Virus record (IMG/VR): IMGVR_UViG_3300049009_000874
Location: 1-64,000 of that record
Length of the DNA stretch: 64,000 nucleotides
From: a virus
Lineage: Duplodnaviria; Caudoviricetes
Reading direction: 5' to 3' (one strand)
Below, in pieces: positions 9,422 to 19,402 of the stretch. A program made the position numbers and the translations under genes. Position 1 is the stretch's first letter; every line of letters begins with the position of its first letter. The notes below the pieces were generated by a model, which saw nothing but the letters and a program-made list of their open reading frames with translations, was not told where the DNA came from and made no database searches.

Positions 9422-10939
9422 ATGAGACCATTGACGCCAGAAGAGCAGCAGAAACTCGATTCGTTCACGGACCCGGACACGGTGAAGTCAAGGTTCGCCT
9501 GGGACGACACGTTCCAGAGGAAGCTGCTGAGCATGCTGATGTGCGACGACTTCATGCTCATACAGAGCATAGACAAGCTCCAGCCGAACTATTTCAGCAA
9601 CGAAGTCCACGTCATGGTCTGCAAGACGCTTTTCGCCCTCTTCCAGAAGAACAAGGGCGTCCCCAAGAAATGGGTGATGAGCCAGGAGATAACGGACCAG
9701 CTCAAGGACAAGGACAAGTCGGTCCAGCTATACCATCTGGCCGAGCTCGACGCCCTGTACGACTATTACACTCCCGGTGTCGACACCAGGGAGTACCTTC
9801 TCGACAAGGTTACCTATTTCGCGAAGGTGCAGGCTATAAAGGTGGCTTTCCACGGCTGTCTCGAGAAGATGTCCGAGGCTCCGGAGGACGAGGCTACCTG
9901 GACCTACATATACGACAAGATGCGTTCCGCCATGACCGTGGACAGGAGCTACGAGCCCGGTCTCGAGTATTTCCTCAACATCGAGGAGATGTTCAGGAGG
10001 ATGGAGAACCAGTTCGAGGGCAAGGAGAGGTACACCTCCGGATTCGAGTCCATAGACAACGCGTTGACGGGGAACGGGATCTTCAACGGGCAGATAGGGT
10101 CGTGGATAGGTCTCCCCGGCACCGGCAAGAGCTTGGCTCTGGTCAAGGCAGCCGTAGCCAACGTTCTGTTGGGTCACAAGGTCCTCTACCTCACGATGGA
10201 AATGGACGAGCTCGGCATCACGCAGAGGTTCACCTCCCAGTTCGCCAAGATAGACATAAACCTTCTCCTCGAGCAGAGGGAGGAGATCAAGAGGACCATA
10301 GCCGAGTTCGGCAAGGACAAGGATGACAAGAACCTCCTCATAGTCAAGCAGTTCCCCGGAGGCACGGTGGACGTCAACGGCATCAGGGCTTTCTGTTCGC
10401 AGCTGGAGATAAGGGGATGGAAGCCCGGTCTCATCGTGATCGACTATGTCGGCGAGATGAGGGACGACCCGAATGTCAAGAAGTACGAGAGCGCGTACAG
10501 GATATTGAGGGACTTGCGCGGATTTGGGGTGGAGAAGCAGCATTGCACGCTGACATGCGTCCAGCCGAACCAGACAGCCGCCAAGCTCGAGATCAGCCAG
10601 TACATAGACGAGAGCAACATCGGCACGTCTTTCGACCAGTTCAAGCCACTTGATGCGTTCTGGAGCATCAACCAGCAGACCATAGAGAAGGACGCGGAGG
10701 TCGGTCGCGGTTTCGTGATCAAGCACAGGAACGGGAGATCGAGATTTCCTTTCAAGATGGGTTTCGATTTTTCCATGGGAACTCTCGACATATTCGAGAT
10801 ATCAAAGGAACGCTACAAGGAAAGGCTCATGAACGTCCAGCAGAAGCGTTCGGAGGAAATTGAGTTCGACACGTACTCTGTTGACAAGAGGAAGAACAAG
10901 AAACCAAGGAACAGCGTCATAGACGCAGATGAGGAATAA
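9422..10939 (+). CDS. Replicative DnaB/gp41-like helicase
   Basis: GLPGTGKS, VLYLTMEM, LIVIDY, KHRNG. Confidence 0.9.
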   Translation: MRPLTPEEQQKLDSFTDPDTVKSRFAWDDTFQRKLLSMLMCDDFMLIQSIDKLQPNYFSNEVHVMVCKTLFALFQKNKGVPKKWVMSQEITDQLKDKDKSVQLYHLAELDALYDYYTPGVDTREYLLDKVTYFAKVQAIKVAFHGCLEKMSEAPEDEATWTYIYDKMRSAMTVDRSYEPGLEYFLNIEEMFRRMENQFEGKERYTSGFESIDNALTGNGIFNGQIGSWIGLPGTGKSLALVKAAVANVLLGHKVLYLTMEMDELGITQRFTSQFAKIDINLLLEQREEIKRTIAEFGKDKDDKNLLIVKQFPGGTVDVNGIRAFCSQLEIRGWKPGLIVIDYVGEMRDDPNVKKYESAYRILRDLRGFGVEKQHCTLTCVQPNQTAAKLEISQYIDESNIGTSFDQFKPLDAFWSINQQTIEKDAEVGRGFVIKHRNGRSRFPFKMGFDFSMGTLDIFEISKERYKERLMNVQQKRSEEIEFDTYSVDKRKNKKPRNSVIDADEE

Positions 10940-10940
10940 C

Positions 10941-11426
10941 ATGTCAGAGGCTCCATTGGAAAAGGTCACGGTCACGGTCAACGGCAAGGATCTCGTCCTT
11001 GACCCGGAGAACATGAAGTTCAACGAGTTCACGCTCAGCGAGTACATGGACAAGGAATACGCCTGGATAGATTATTTCGGCAAGCAGCTTGAACTGGCGA
11101 CCAAGGAGTTGGCTCTCGCCGAACTTGCTTACGAAACCAAGTTCAACGAGATATTCATAGAGACCAAGGACGGCGGCGGATCCGACACCTACGGGAAGGC
11201 TAAGTCTCAATCACACCCTGATTGCGTAATCCTCCACCAGGCTGTCATAGACAGGAAGTCGGTCGTAGGGTTCCTCAAGTCGCACCTCAAGGCTTGGGAC
11301 AGGAATCACGACAATGCCCAGAACCGAGGACACACTCTCAGGAAGGAACTCGACAAGCTCAACAAGGACATCTACCATAAGAAGGATGATGGTCTATGTG
11401 AGGCGGAGGACTTTCTTGGAAAATAG
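10941..11426 (+). CDS. UvsY-like recombination mediator
   Basis: Helical ~160-aa protein next to the helicase; size and C-terminal pattern (LKAWDRNHDNAQNRG) resemble UvsY. Confidence 0.55.
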   Translation: MSEAPLEKVTVTVNGKDLVLDPENMKFNEFTLSEYMDKEYAWIDYFGKQLELATKELALAELAYETKFNEIFIETKDGGGSDTYGKAKSQSHPDCVILHQAVIDRKSVVGFLKSHLKAWDRNHDNAQNRGHTLRKELDKLNKDIYHKKDDGLCEAEDFLGK

Positions 11427-11433
11427 GGGAACG

Positions 11434-11937
11434 ATGGATCAGAAAATAAGATGGGTCACCAAAAGGGACATGTCGTCCATAACCACTATCGAGTCGGTTT
11501 CGTTCTCGAAGCCATGGAAGAGGTCCGACTTCGAGAAATGTCTCGGCGACCCGACCAACAACAGGATAGGAAAGGTTTTCGAGGTCGATGGCGAGGTTGT
11601 CGGGTTCATAATATATGAACTACAGTTCGACAGGTTCTACATCATAAACATGGCTGTCATCCCTAGCCACAGAAAGCGTGGCATAGCCAGGGAAATGATA
11701 GATCACGTGACGTCGAAGCTCAAGAACGGATACAAGCGCAGGAGGAAGGTGGAGACATACGTTTCCGACCATTTCCTTGATGCCCACATTTTCTTCAAGA
11801 GGGTCGGGTTTAGGGCTATAGGGGTCGAAAGGGATTTTTTCGGCAAGGATTCCGGCGACGCCTACCTTTTCTGCTACCGCTCAGACAGTCTCGGTTTCGA
11901 CTTTGACGATTCCGTCTTCGTCGGGGACTACGCATGA
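11434..11937 (+). CDS. RimI-like GNAT acetyltransferase
   Basis: VVGFIIYEL, INMAVIPSHRKRGIA acetyl-CoA motif, FFKRVGF, DAYL. Confidence 0.85.
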   Translation: MDQKIRWVTKRDMSSITTIESVSFSKPWKRSDFEKCLGDPTNNRIGKVFEVDGEVVGFIIYELQFDRFYIINMAVIPSHRKRGIAREMIDHVTSKLKNGYKRRRKVETYVSDHFLDAHIFFKRVGFRAIGVERDFFGKDSGDAYLFCYRSDSLGFDFDDSVFVGDYA

Positions 11938-12386
11938 GCGACAAGTGGGACTTGAGGTTCATAGGTCTGGCGAAACACGTCTCGTCGTGGAGCAAGGACC
12001 AGTCCACAAGGGTCGGAGCAGTCATATTCGACCGCGACAATAGGGTCATATCCGTTGGCTACAACGGTTTCCCCAGAGGGGTCGGCGATGACCCTTCGAG
12101 GTATGCCGACCGCGAACTCAAGTACAAGATGGTTGTCCACGCGGAAATGAACGCCATCATGTTCGCCGGCTGCGACCTCAAGGGCTGTTCCATAGCGACC
12201 TACCCGTTCATGTCCTGCTCCGCCTGCGCAGCGTCGATAATACAGTCCGGCATATCGCGGTGCGTCGCGCCGACGCTCACCGAGGATCTGGCTGCAAGAT
12301 GGCAATCAAGCTGCGATATCGCGACGATGATGTTCAGGGAGTCCGGAGTCGAGCTCAAGCTTGTGGATCACGTTTCGATTCCGTGA
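11934..12386 (+). CDS. dCMP deaminase
   Basis: SKDQSTRVGAVI, GYNGFPRG, VHAEMNAI, SCSACA. Confidence 0.92.
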   Translation: MSDKWDLRFIGLAKHVSSWSKDQSTRVGAVIFDRDNRVISVGYNGFPRGVGDDPSRYADRELKYKMVVHAEMNAIMFAGCDLKGCSIATYPFMSCSACAASIIQSGISRCVAPTLTEDLAARWQSSCDIATMMFRESGVELKLVDHVSIP

Positions 12387-13491
12387 AGTCCTTGAATTTC
12401 TGGATTGCCGAGGCTACGCTCTGGTCCATGTCGAGATATTTGTACTCCCCAAGACGACCGCCGAATATCACGTTGCTTGGCTTTATCGACTTGTACTTCT
12501 GGTACATTTCGGAATTAGCCTTGTCGCGTATCGGATAGAAAGGGTCTGGGTTGTCCCTGTAGGGCACGGGAATGTCGTAGGTCACCACGCTCTCCCTATT
12601 TTGGCTCGCCGCGTCGTAGTGCTTGACCGACTCGCCATGCCTGTAGAAATGCCGGTGTTCGATGCTTCGTATGTGCGGCACCGAGTCGTCGGCGTAGTTG
12701 ACCACGGCATTGCCCTGGAAGTCCCCCGGATGGATTTCCTTGGTAAAGCGCAGCGTGTTGTATTCGAGCTTGCCGAATTCGAATCCGAAGAATTCGTCGA
12801 CCGGTCCCGTATACACGACATACTTGCACATGGACGAGAGCCTTTCCCTTTCCTTGATGAAGTCTACCTTGGTGTCCACGTCTATGCCATCCAGCATTTT
12901 CGTTATGAGGTTCGTGTATCCGTTCTGCGGCACACCTTGGTGCTTGGTCGTGAAGTAGTTCTCGTCGTACGTGAGCCTTATGGGGATCCTCTGTATGATT
13001 GAGGCTGGAAGTTCCCTTGGTTCCCGCATGTATTGCTTCTTCGTGTAACCGTAGAAGAATTTCCTGTAGATCTCCTCGCCGACCATGGATAGAGCCCACT
13101 CCTCGAAGTTCGAAGGCTTGTCTATCTTGACCCTAACCTCGTCAAGTTTCCTCGAGGCTTCGGAAGGCGTCTTCACGCCCCACATCTGGTGCAGAGTCAT
13201 GAGGTTTATGGGGAAGGAGTACATGACGCCCCCGCTCAGAACCTTCGGTCTGTTGACGAACGGAGTGAACTTCTCGAATTGGTTGACGAAGTTCCACACC
13301 TCCTCGCTGTGCGTGTGGAATATGTGGGCGCCGTAGGACGACACGTAGTAGTCGTCGTGTTTCGTGTCATGGGCTGCGCCGGCTATGTGGTCTTTCTTTT
13401 CGACCACCAGGCACTTCATCCCGGAATCGGTCGCCTTCCTCGCAAACGAAGAACCGAAGAAGCCAGATCCTACAATCAGAAAATCGTACAT
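12355..13491 (-). CDS. glf: UDP-galactopyranose mutase
   Basis: IVGSGFFG, YGAHIFHT, GYTKKQ, PFYPI, GRLGEYKYLDMDQ. Confidence 0.93.
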   Translation of the reverse strand: MYDFLIVGSGFFGSSFARKATDSGMKCLVVEKKDHIAGAAHDTKHDDYYVSSYGAHIFHTHSEEVWNFVNQFEKFTPFVNRPKVLSGGVMYSFPINLMTLHQMWGVKTPSEASRKLDEVRVKIDKPSNFEEWALSMVGEEIYRKFFYGYTKKQYMREPRELPASIIQRIPIRLTYDENYFTTKHQGVPQNGYTNLITKMLDGIDVDTKVDFIKERERLSSMCKYVVYTGPVDEFFGFEFGKLEYNTLRFTKEIHPGDFQGNAVVNYADDSVPHIRSIEHRHFYRHGESVKHYDAASQNRESVVTYDIPVPYRDNPDPFYPIRDKANSEMYQKYKSIKPSNVIFGGRLGEYKYLDMDQSVASAIQKFKDFTESKRDPQA

Positions 13492-13523
13492 ATTTCACCA
13501 TGGGTTGAGTCTTATAATATTTT

Positions 13524-14150
13524 ATGGTGAGAGCCGAAGATATACAAAAAGAAATCAACGAAATTCTGCACAACAAGCTTTTGGGCGGCAAGGTGCTTTT
13601 GCAGGACTGCCGTTTCGTGGACGAGAACTCGAGGCTGAGCCCAGCCTACGGCGATCCCATGTACGCCCCGTTCTACTACCATCTCGGGAAGATGGTCAAG
13701 CCGAGGAGCGTCATGTCCATGAGTTTCAACCTCGGATTCCTGGAGAAGTGCTTTTTCATGTCCTGCAAGGAAACGGACAAGTTCCTGGCTTTTAGGCAGC
13801 ATGATTCGAAGCAGTATTACTCGACTAGGATGGGATTCTACAACGTGAGGAAGTCGTTCAAGAAGGAGTTCCTGTTCTACCAGGGAGACATAAACGACGA
13901 CAGGATGTCTGTCGGGCATTTGGGCTCCGAATGGGATCTGGTGTTTCTGAACGAGGATTCGACCTACGACGAAATACTCCTCAAGATCGAACATTCTTGG
14001 AAGCTCATGGCGGAAGGGGCTATGTTGGTCGTCGAAAACGTCTGCGACATAAAAAGGGTAAAAAAAGCTTTCGATGCTTTCGCGGACAGCGTGGACAGAA
14101 AGCCGGTGGTGTTCGAGACGAGGTACGGAACGGGAGTTTTGACGAAGTGA
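13524..14150 (+). CDS. Class I SAM methyltransferase-like protein (degenerate)
   Basis: KPRSVMSMSFNLG, WDLVFLNED, WKLMAEGAMLVVEN follow the Methyltransf_24 layout, but the glycine motif is degenerate. Confidence 0.5.
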   Translation: MVRAEDIQKEINEILHNKLLGGKVLLQDCRFVDENSRLSPAYGDPMYAPFYYHLGKMVKPRSVMSMSFNLGFLEKCFFMSCKETDKFLAFRQHDSKQYYSTRMGFYNVRKSFKKEFLFYQGDINDDRMSVGHLGSEWDLVFLNEDSTYDEILLKIEHSWKLMAEGAMLVVENVCDIKRVKKAFDAFADSVDRKPVVFETRYGTGVLTK

Positions 14151-14181
14151 AACTATAATATATGGAACACTGGGGGTATTT

Positions 14182-14904
14182 GTGGGCTACGAAGTAATTT
14201 ATTCATATCACGAGCGGATCGATGGCGTGTACAACAAGGATGAGACAAAGACCCTCAAAAAGAAGGTCGGAGATCCTTTCGAGGAAATCCACCTAGAGAA
14301 ACTGGCGTCCACAATAATGGGTCAGTTGGCTAGGCGTGACATATTCGTAGTCGGCGTCGAGGTTTTCGAACTTGCCAAGAAGAAGATCAGCTTCCGCGAG
14401 ACGGACAACGGCGTGGTCATAAAGAACAAGAAGTTCTCTTTCGACAAGACGACGGGCGATTTCAGCGTGCAGGATATCCCGGACCCCTCGCAGGTTGAAA
14501 ACCATGTGCAGATCCAGCAGACCAACCAGAAGTTCGTGTACCCGCACGAGCAGATGGCTATAAACAAACAATCGGGAAGTCCTAGCCGCAGAGCCATAGA
14601 CACAATGGTTTTCTCTCCCGAGTTGCCCATGATTCATGAGGTCAAGACCAAGGGTTTCAAGTTGACGGTGGACAAGAAATATCAAGTTTTCTCTCGAAAA
14701 AGCTCCGTCACCGGGGAGATACTGTCCATAGTGGATGACCAGGACAGGGAGATTCAGATATCCGACAAGTATTTCATTCCAGCCAATGTTTCGCTGATAG
14801 CCGATAAGGAATTGAACTTCTCGGAGAAGTCCAAGGACAGGGATGGCGGCAACCTTTTTTGGGGTAACGCCAGCAGCGACAACGTTCCAATCATTCGAAA
14901 GTAG
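14182..14904 (+). CDS. Hypothetical protein
   Basis: 240-aa ORF, GTG start with GGGGG SD. Confidence 0.75.
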   Translation: MGYEVIYSYHERIDGVYNKDETKTLKKKVGDPFEEIHLEKLASTIMGQLARRDIFVVGVEVFELAKKKISFRETDNGVVIKNKKFSFDKTTGDFSVQDIPDPSQVENHVQIQQTNQKFVYPHEQMAINKQSGSPSRRAIDTMVFSPELPMIHEVKTKGFKLTVDKKYQVFSRKSSVTGEILSIVDDQDREIQISDKYFIPANVSLIADKELNFSEKSKDRDGGNLFWGNASSDNVPIIRK

Positions 14905-14913
14905 AGGTGCATC

Positions 14914-15330
14914 ATGAAAAGAGAAGACAAGATAGCAAAGAAGCGCAAGGAAAGAGCGAAAAAATCAAGATCGAAGGTGCTCAAGATAAGGGGAGTGGTC
15001 CGCAAGGACAGGAAGGAGGAGTCGAGAAAGCAGAGGCTGGAGAAGATGCTTTCCCCCAAGCAGAAGCCTATCGTCAACGAAAAGAAAGAGGACGAGGAGA
15101 CCAAGAGCCAGAGGATCAAGGAGCAGCTGATCAAGAACCAGCAGATACTCGCGGCGATAGAGGAAGAGATGAACAGGGAAAGGTCGCTGAGGCAACAAGT
15201 CAACGAAAGCCTCGAGTCCGACGGTCATGAAACCATGAAGGAAAAGTTTTCCGCGATGCACAAGTCCGCGGTTGAATCCCAGGAAAAGTTCAAGGACGGC
15301 GAACAGCAAGCGATGATCGGCAATGATTAG
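14914..15330 (+). CDS. Hypothetical basic coiled-coil protein
   Basis: GAGG SD; K/R-rich N-terminus. Confidence 0.7.
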   Translation: MKREDKIAKKRKERAKKSRSKVLKIRGVVRKDRKEESRKQRLEKMLSPKQKPIVNEKKEDEETKSQRIKEQLIKNQQILAAIEEEMNRERSLRQQVNESLESDGHETMKEKFSAMHKSAVESQEKFKDGEQQAMIGND

Positions 15331-15443
15331 TGGTGATTTTCTTTTTTAAAAAAAAGTCACTTTCTTTTATAAATTAATCTTGTGCGAAAAACTAAATAGC
15401 CTTATAACGATGAAAAGGGATTGGGGGAATGTCTCCCAGTCCA

Positions 15444-15505
15444 AACTTTTGTGTAACTTTTGTGTAACTTTTGTGTAACTTTTGTGTAACTTTTGTGTAA
15501 CTTTT
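15444..15505 (+). repeat. Perfect 11-bp tandem repeat (AACTTTTGTGT)x5 plus a partial copy, in the ssb leader
   Basis: Read directly; preceded by hairpin 15418-15442; ends 18 nt before ATG 15524. Confidence 0.95.
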
Positions 15506-15523
15506 AACCTACGAGGTGTAACG

Positions 15524-16567
15524 ATGTCACTTGACTTTGAAGAACTTGACGTAAACGAATTGAGATCAGAATCCAAGAGGGTAAACTCAGAATCCACCGG
15601 CGGCGGTGGCGGCTACAGCGATGAGTACCTCGAGAAGTTTGTGAGGCTTCCCGAACGAGACGGCTTCGTTCTGATGAGATTGCTGCCAAAGAGGAAAGGT
15701 CAGAAACTCTATTGCGCAACCAGAACCCACATGCTTACGAACCCAACCACCAGACAGAAGAAGAGCATCCATTGTCCGAAGGTGTTGACAAGCACCGATA
15801 AGGGCGACATGTGGAAGGGCGAATGCATAATATGCAAATACTACAGCGACCTCTGGCAGAAATCCGACTCCTGCTCCGGCAAGGAACAGGAAGACCTCCA
15901 GAACAAGGCTAGGGAACTCAAGCCCCTTGAGCGGTACTACTACAACGTTATCGTTCGGTCAGAGAGCGACCCGAAAAACAAATCCGTGGTCAACACCAAT
16001 GTTGGACCGAAGATATACAGCTGCGGCAAGCAGGTTCACGCTCGCATACTGCGAGCCATACTCGGCGACGAAGCCGCTGGCGAGAAGGGTCTTGGCGACA
16101 TAACCAACCCGACTACCGGCAGGGATTTCCGTCTCGTGAAGAAGGTCGTGAAGAGCGGCAACCGTGAGTATCCCAACTACGACCATTCCAAGTTCGAGGA
16201 CGTCTCATCTGCTGGAACACCAGCCGAACTCGAGAAATGGCTGAGCAATCTCAACGATCTCCAGGGCTTGAGGAAGCTGAGGACTGTCGACGAGATGAAG
16301 CATGCCCTCCGTGTGCATGTAGGCATGGTGGTCGAAGGCGACAGATCTGCTGACAGCGAACTTGACGAGTTCAGGAACGCGGACGCCAGCATGCTGAAGT
16401 CTGCCAGATCAAGCCAAGGATCCAATTCCAGTTCGTCCGTCATATCTGGCGCAGACAACATCAACGAGGAAGCCATAAAGCCAAAGCCATCCGCCAAGTC
16501 GGCTATCGAGGATGACTCGACATCGCTCGCGGACGAGGAGTTCATGAAGGATCTGGAAGGAATTTAG
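15524..16567 (+). CDS. T4 gp32-like single-stranded DNA-binding protein
   Basis: MRLLP, H...CPK...CIIC Zn ligands, RYYYNVIVR, GRDFRLVKK, YPNYDHSKF, acidic tail; GAGG SD. Confidence 0.88.
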   Translation: MSLDFEELDVNELRSESKRVNSESTGGGGGYSDEYLEKFVRLPERDGFVLMRLLPKRKGQKLYCATRTHMLTNPTTRQKKSIHCPKVLTSTDKGDMWKGECIICKYYSDLWQKSDSCSGKEQEDLQNKARELKPLERYYYNVIVRSESDPKNKSVVNTNVGPKIYSCGKQVHARILRAILGDEAAGEKGLGDITNPTTGRDFRLVKKVVKSGNREYPNYDHSKFEDVSSAGTPAELEKWLSNLNDLQGLRKLRTVDEMKHALRVHVGMVVEGDRSADSELDEFRNADASMLKSARSSQGSNSSSSVISGADNINEEAIKPKPSAKSAIEDDSTSLADEEFMKDLEGI

Positions 16568-16589
16568 TTCCCTCTTGCTTTCAAATTGA

Positions 16590-16625
16590 GGGCGCTGGCA
16601 TTTCTTATGTCCGCGCCCATTTTTT
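16590..16625 (+). terminator. Intrinsic terminator after ssb
   Basis: GGGCGC...GCGCCC stem followed by ATTTTTT. Confidence 0.7.
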
Positions 16626-16654
16626 CACATCTAAAAAACAAAAAGAGGTTTCAA

Positions 16655-17857
16655 ATGGCTAAGAAAAAAGTCGGCGAAGAAGATTCGTTTTTCCAAGATT
16701 TGGCTAGCAAGACTGGCGGAGACATAGTGGCGAACATAGACAGCGTCAAGTATTTCGTGGACGCTGGGAATCTAGCCGTGAACTACATATGCAGCGGTCG
16801 GTTCATGGGCGGCGGCATACCGGGGGGCAAGTTGACCGAGATATACGGTCCATCCTCGTCTTCGAAGTCGCTGATAGGAACAAATATACTTTTCGGCTGC
16901 CAGAGGGCTGGCGGCGTGGCGATACTTGAGGACTGCGAGAATTCCGCGAACAAGGAATTCATACAGATGGCTTCCCACTGTGACCTTTCGAGGATAGTCA
17001 GGCACACGCCGCAGACGCTCGAGGAGGTTTTCCACAAGATGTACAAGTCCATGGAATTCATCCGGTCCAAGAAGAAGGACGGTCCGATAGCCATAGTTTA
17101 CGACTCTATAGGGGTCAGCCCTTCCGCCAGGGAACTGAGGGAGGTCGACTTGCCGGAGAATGCCTCGAAAGCTGACTTCAAGCGCATCGTTGGCGGCAAT
17201 GAACAGCCTGGCGAACGTGCCAAGATTTGTTCCAGGGAATTCCGCAAGCTAAACACCGTCATGGAGAAGAACGACGCCACCGTCGTTATCCTCAACCAGA
17301 CGAGGTCTAAGATAGGAGTCATGTACGGCAATCCGACCACCACCGCCGGCGGCGGCAACGCGTTGCCTTTCTATGCCTCATGTCGATTGGAAACGTCGAC
17401 GATGAAGAAGATAGAGTACAAGCTGTCAGCCAAGAAGACAAAGATTCTCGGCATAAACATCAGGATAAAAAACGTCAAGAACAAGACCCACAGACCGTTT
17501 ATTTCGACCGAGAACATTCAGTTGCTTTTCGAACACGGGATAAACCCGGTCAGCGGTCTTCTTTCCTGCCTTATGGACGCCAACAGGGTTGTCGCCAAGG
17601 GCACCGGGTATTTCATCGTGTCTGAGCCGTACTGCAACGGGGAGGAAGTAAAATTCAAGGCTTCCCTCGAGAAGAACGAGGTTCCGATCGAAGTTCTCCT
17701 GAGGTGTCCGTCCATCATAGACGCCGCTTCCGAGGAAGAGGTCTCTGAATACCTCGCTCCTTTCAAGGCAGCCATGGATTTCCAGATTTCTGGCGACATC
17801 ATAGAGACCGACATCGTTGGCGAGTCGGACGATGACATTGACTCGGAAGTGGAATAG
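16655..17857 (+). CDS. uvsX: RecA/UvsX recombinase
   Basis: GGGIPGGKLTEIYGPSSSSKS, IVYDSI, ILNQTRSKIGVMYGNPTTTAGGGNALPFYAS, VKNK; GAGG SD. Confidence 0.9.
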   Translation: MAKKKVGEEDSFFQDLASKTGGDIVANIDSVKYFVDAGNLAVNYICSGRFMGGGIPGGKLTEIYGPSSSSKSLIGTNILFGCQRAGGVAILEDCENSANKEFIQMASHCDLSRIVRHTPQTLEEVFHKMYKSMEFIRSKKKDGPIAIVYDSIGVSPSARELREVDLPENASKADFKRIVGGNEQPGERAKICSREFRKLNTVMEKNDATVVILNQTRSKIGVMYGNPTTTAGGGNALPFYASCRLETSTMKKIEYKLSAKKTKILGINIRIKNVKNKTHRPFISTENIQLLFEHGINPVSGLLSCLMDANRVVAKGTGYFIVSEPYCNGEEVKFKASLEKNEVPIEVLLRCPSIIDAASEEEVSEYLAPFKAAMDFQISGDIIETDIVGESDDDIDSEVE

Positions 17858-18307
17858 TCACTGGGGTTTTTCTGTCGGCTTTATCTTGTATTGGGATTTG
17901 TCGGTCTTTTCTAGGTTCATTCCGATGCTTTTTAGATGCTTGACAGCCATGTTTATTTGGGAGTGGATGTTCTTTTCATCCACTCCTTCTTTTTTGAACT
18001 TAACCATTATCTTCTCGATGTCTATCGATTTCTTCTGCCTGAGGGTTTTCATGATGTAGTCGAAAATCTTCCGGTTGTTTTTCCTTACTATCTTCTGAAC
18101 CTCTTCGTAGGCGAAATCTTCCTGTTTTTTGTTGGTGTCGCATATCTCGTCCGCAAGTTGTTCGAGCGTTTTTATGTTCTTGTGGCTGGTTCTTACTATT
18201 GATAATTCGGCGTTGAATGTTTTGGAAAACTCGACCAGGTGGTTGATGTTCTTTTTGTTTGTGAGAAACTTTCTTTTGTCGCTCAGCTTTATCATTAGGC
18301 AGTTCAT
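17858..18307 (-). CDS. Hypothetical protein
   Basis: 149-aa K-rich ORF with GAGG SD. Confidence 0.65.
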   Translation of the reverse strand: MNCLMIKLSDKRKFLTNKKNINHLVEFSKTFNAELSIVRTSHKNIKTLEQLADEICDTNKKQEDFAYEEVQKIVRKNNRKIFDYIMKTLRQKKSIDIEKIMVKFKKEGVDEKNIHSQINMAVKHLKSIGMNLEKTDKSQYKIKPTEKPQ

Positions 18308-18354
18308 AGTTCAAACCCTCTTGAATGCCTTCATTATAAAAGGAACGAGAAGCA

Positions 18355-19368
18355 GTGAACAATGACATTGGCAAAATATATTGTAATGTTTTCAGGCGTT
18401 TCGGAGTCGAGATAGAACTCAACTCGTTCGACGGGAGAAACAGACCCGTGGACTATGAGTTCGGTGTTCTCCCGGAAGGCTCACACCACATAGCCAACCT
18501 TGTGCACAAGTCCGTCAGGGACAAGGTGTTCCTTCAGAAATGGCAGAACAACCACAATAACGACTGCTGGATACTGAAGCCAGACAGCAGCTGCGGCATA
18601 GAGGTCTGCACCCCGGTACTCAAGGGCATGGACGGTCTCAGAAGCGTGTGTTCCGTGGTCGACGCGTTCGCGAGGGACGTTCTGGTCATGTCGGACCAGA
18701 GATGCTCGTTCCACGTGCACGTGGACGTGCACGACCTGAACGTGGGAGATATCGCAGCACTTGTGTCGTGGTGGGTGAAGATGGAGCATTTTTTCATGCG
18801 TATCGTTCCGATGGGCAGAAGGAGGAACAGGTATTGCCAGATGCTGTCTTTTTCATCGATATTCGAAAAAGGGGTGGAACACATGATGTCTGACGCCCAT
18901 CTTGTGGCGTCCGTAGGAAGGCACAAGTATTATTCCCTCAACGCATACCACATGCAGAAGAAGAAGCGTAAAACTGTCGAGTTCAGGATCATGGACTCCT
19001 CGTGCTGCCTTAGCTATCACGACGCAAAGAACTACCTCCTCCTTTTGCTTCACTTTGTCGAGCTAGCCGTGGAGAAGGGGTCGCCAAGGGAATATGACCG
19101 AGACGACCCGCTCACCGGGTATTCTTGGCTCGGGGTCGCCGAGTCTCTCTGCTTTCTGAGGATGGATGAGAAATCGAGCCTGTCCGAGGGAATGTCCGAG
19201 GTCAGAAGGTGGCTTTACGGAAGACTCTTGCGAAACGAACACAATGGCGAAAGCGGAATATTCGGATACAGATGCAAGTCTTTGTCCGAAGAACACTTGC
19301 GTCTTTTCAGCTTGTTTTGCGATGATTATGGCAATTTTAAATTTTCGGAAGATAAGTTCCTCGAGTGA
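18355..19368 (+). CDS. Putative amidoligase (COOH-NH2 ligase, Amidoligase_2-like)
   Basis: FGVEIE, WILKPDSS, IEVCTPVL, CSFHVHV, KYYSLN, TVEFR. Confidence 0.85.
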   Translation: MNNDIGKIYCNVFRRFGVEIELNSFDGRNRPVDYEFGVLPEGSHHIANLVHKSVRDKVFLQKWQNNHNNDCWILKPDSSCGIEVCTPVLKGMDGLRSVCSVVDAFARDVLVMSDQRCSFHVHVDVHDLNVGDIAALVSWWVKMEHFFMRIVPMGRRRNRYCQMLSFSSIFEKGVEHMMSDAHLVASVGRHKYYSLNAYHMQKKKRKTVEFRIMDSSCCLSYHDAKNYLLLLLHFVELAVEKGSPREYDRDDPLTGYSWLGVAESLCFLRMDEKSSLSEGMSEVRRWLYGRLLRNEHNGESGIFGYRCKSLSEEHLRLFSLFCDDYGNFKFSEDKFLE

Positions 19369-19402
19369 TGATATATAGAGTCAGACATAGGAAGGTAAAT
19401 CA

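Noticed and set aside
15444-15505. CRISPR array
   Set aside because: Contiguous 11-bp units with no spacers; no cas genes in the window
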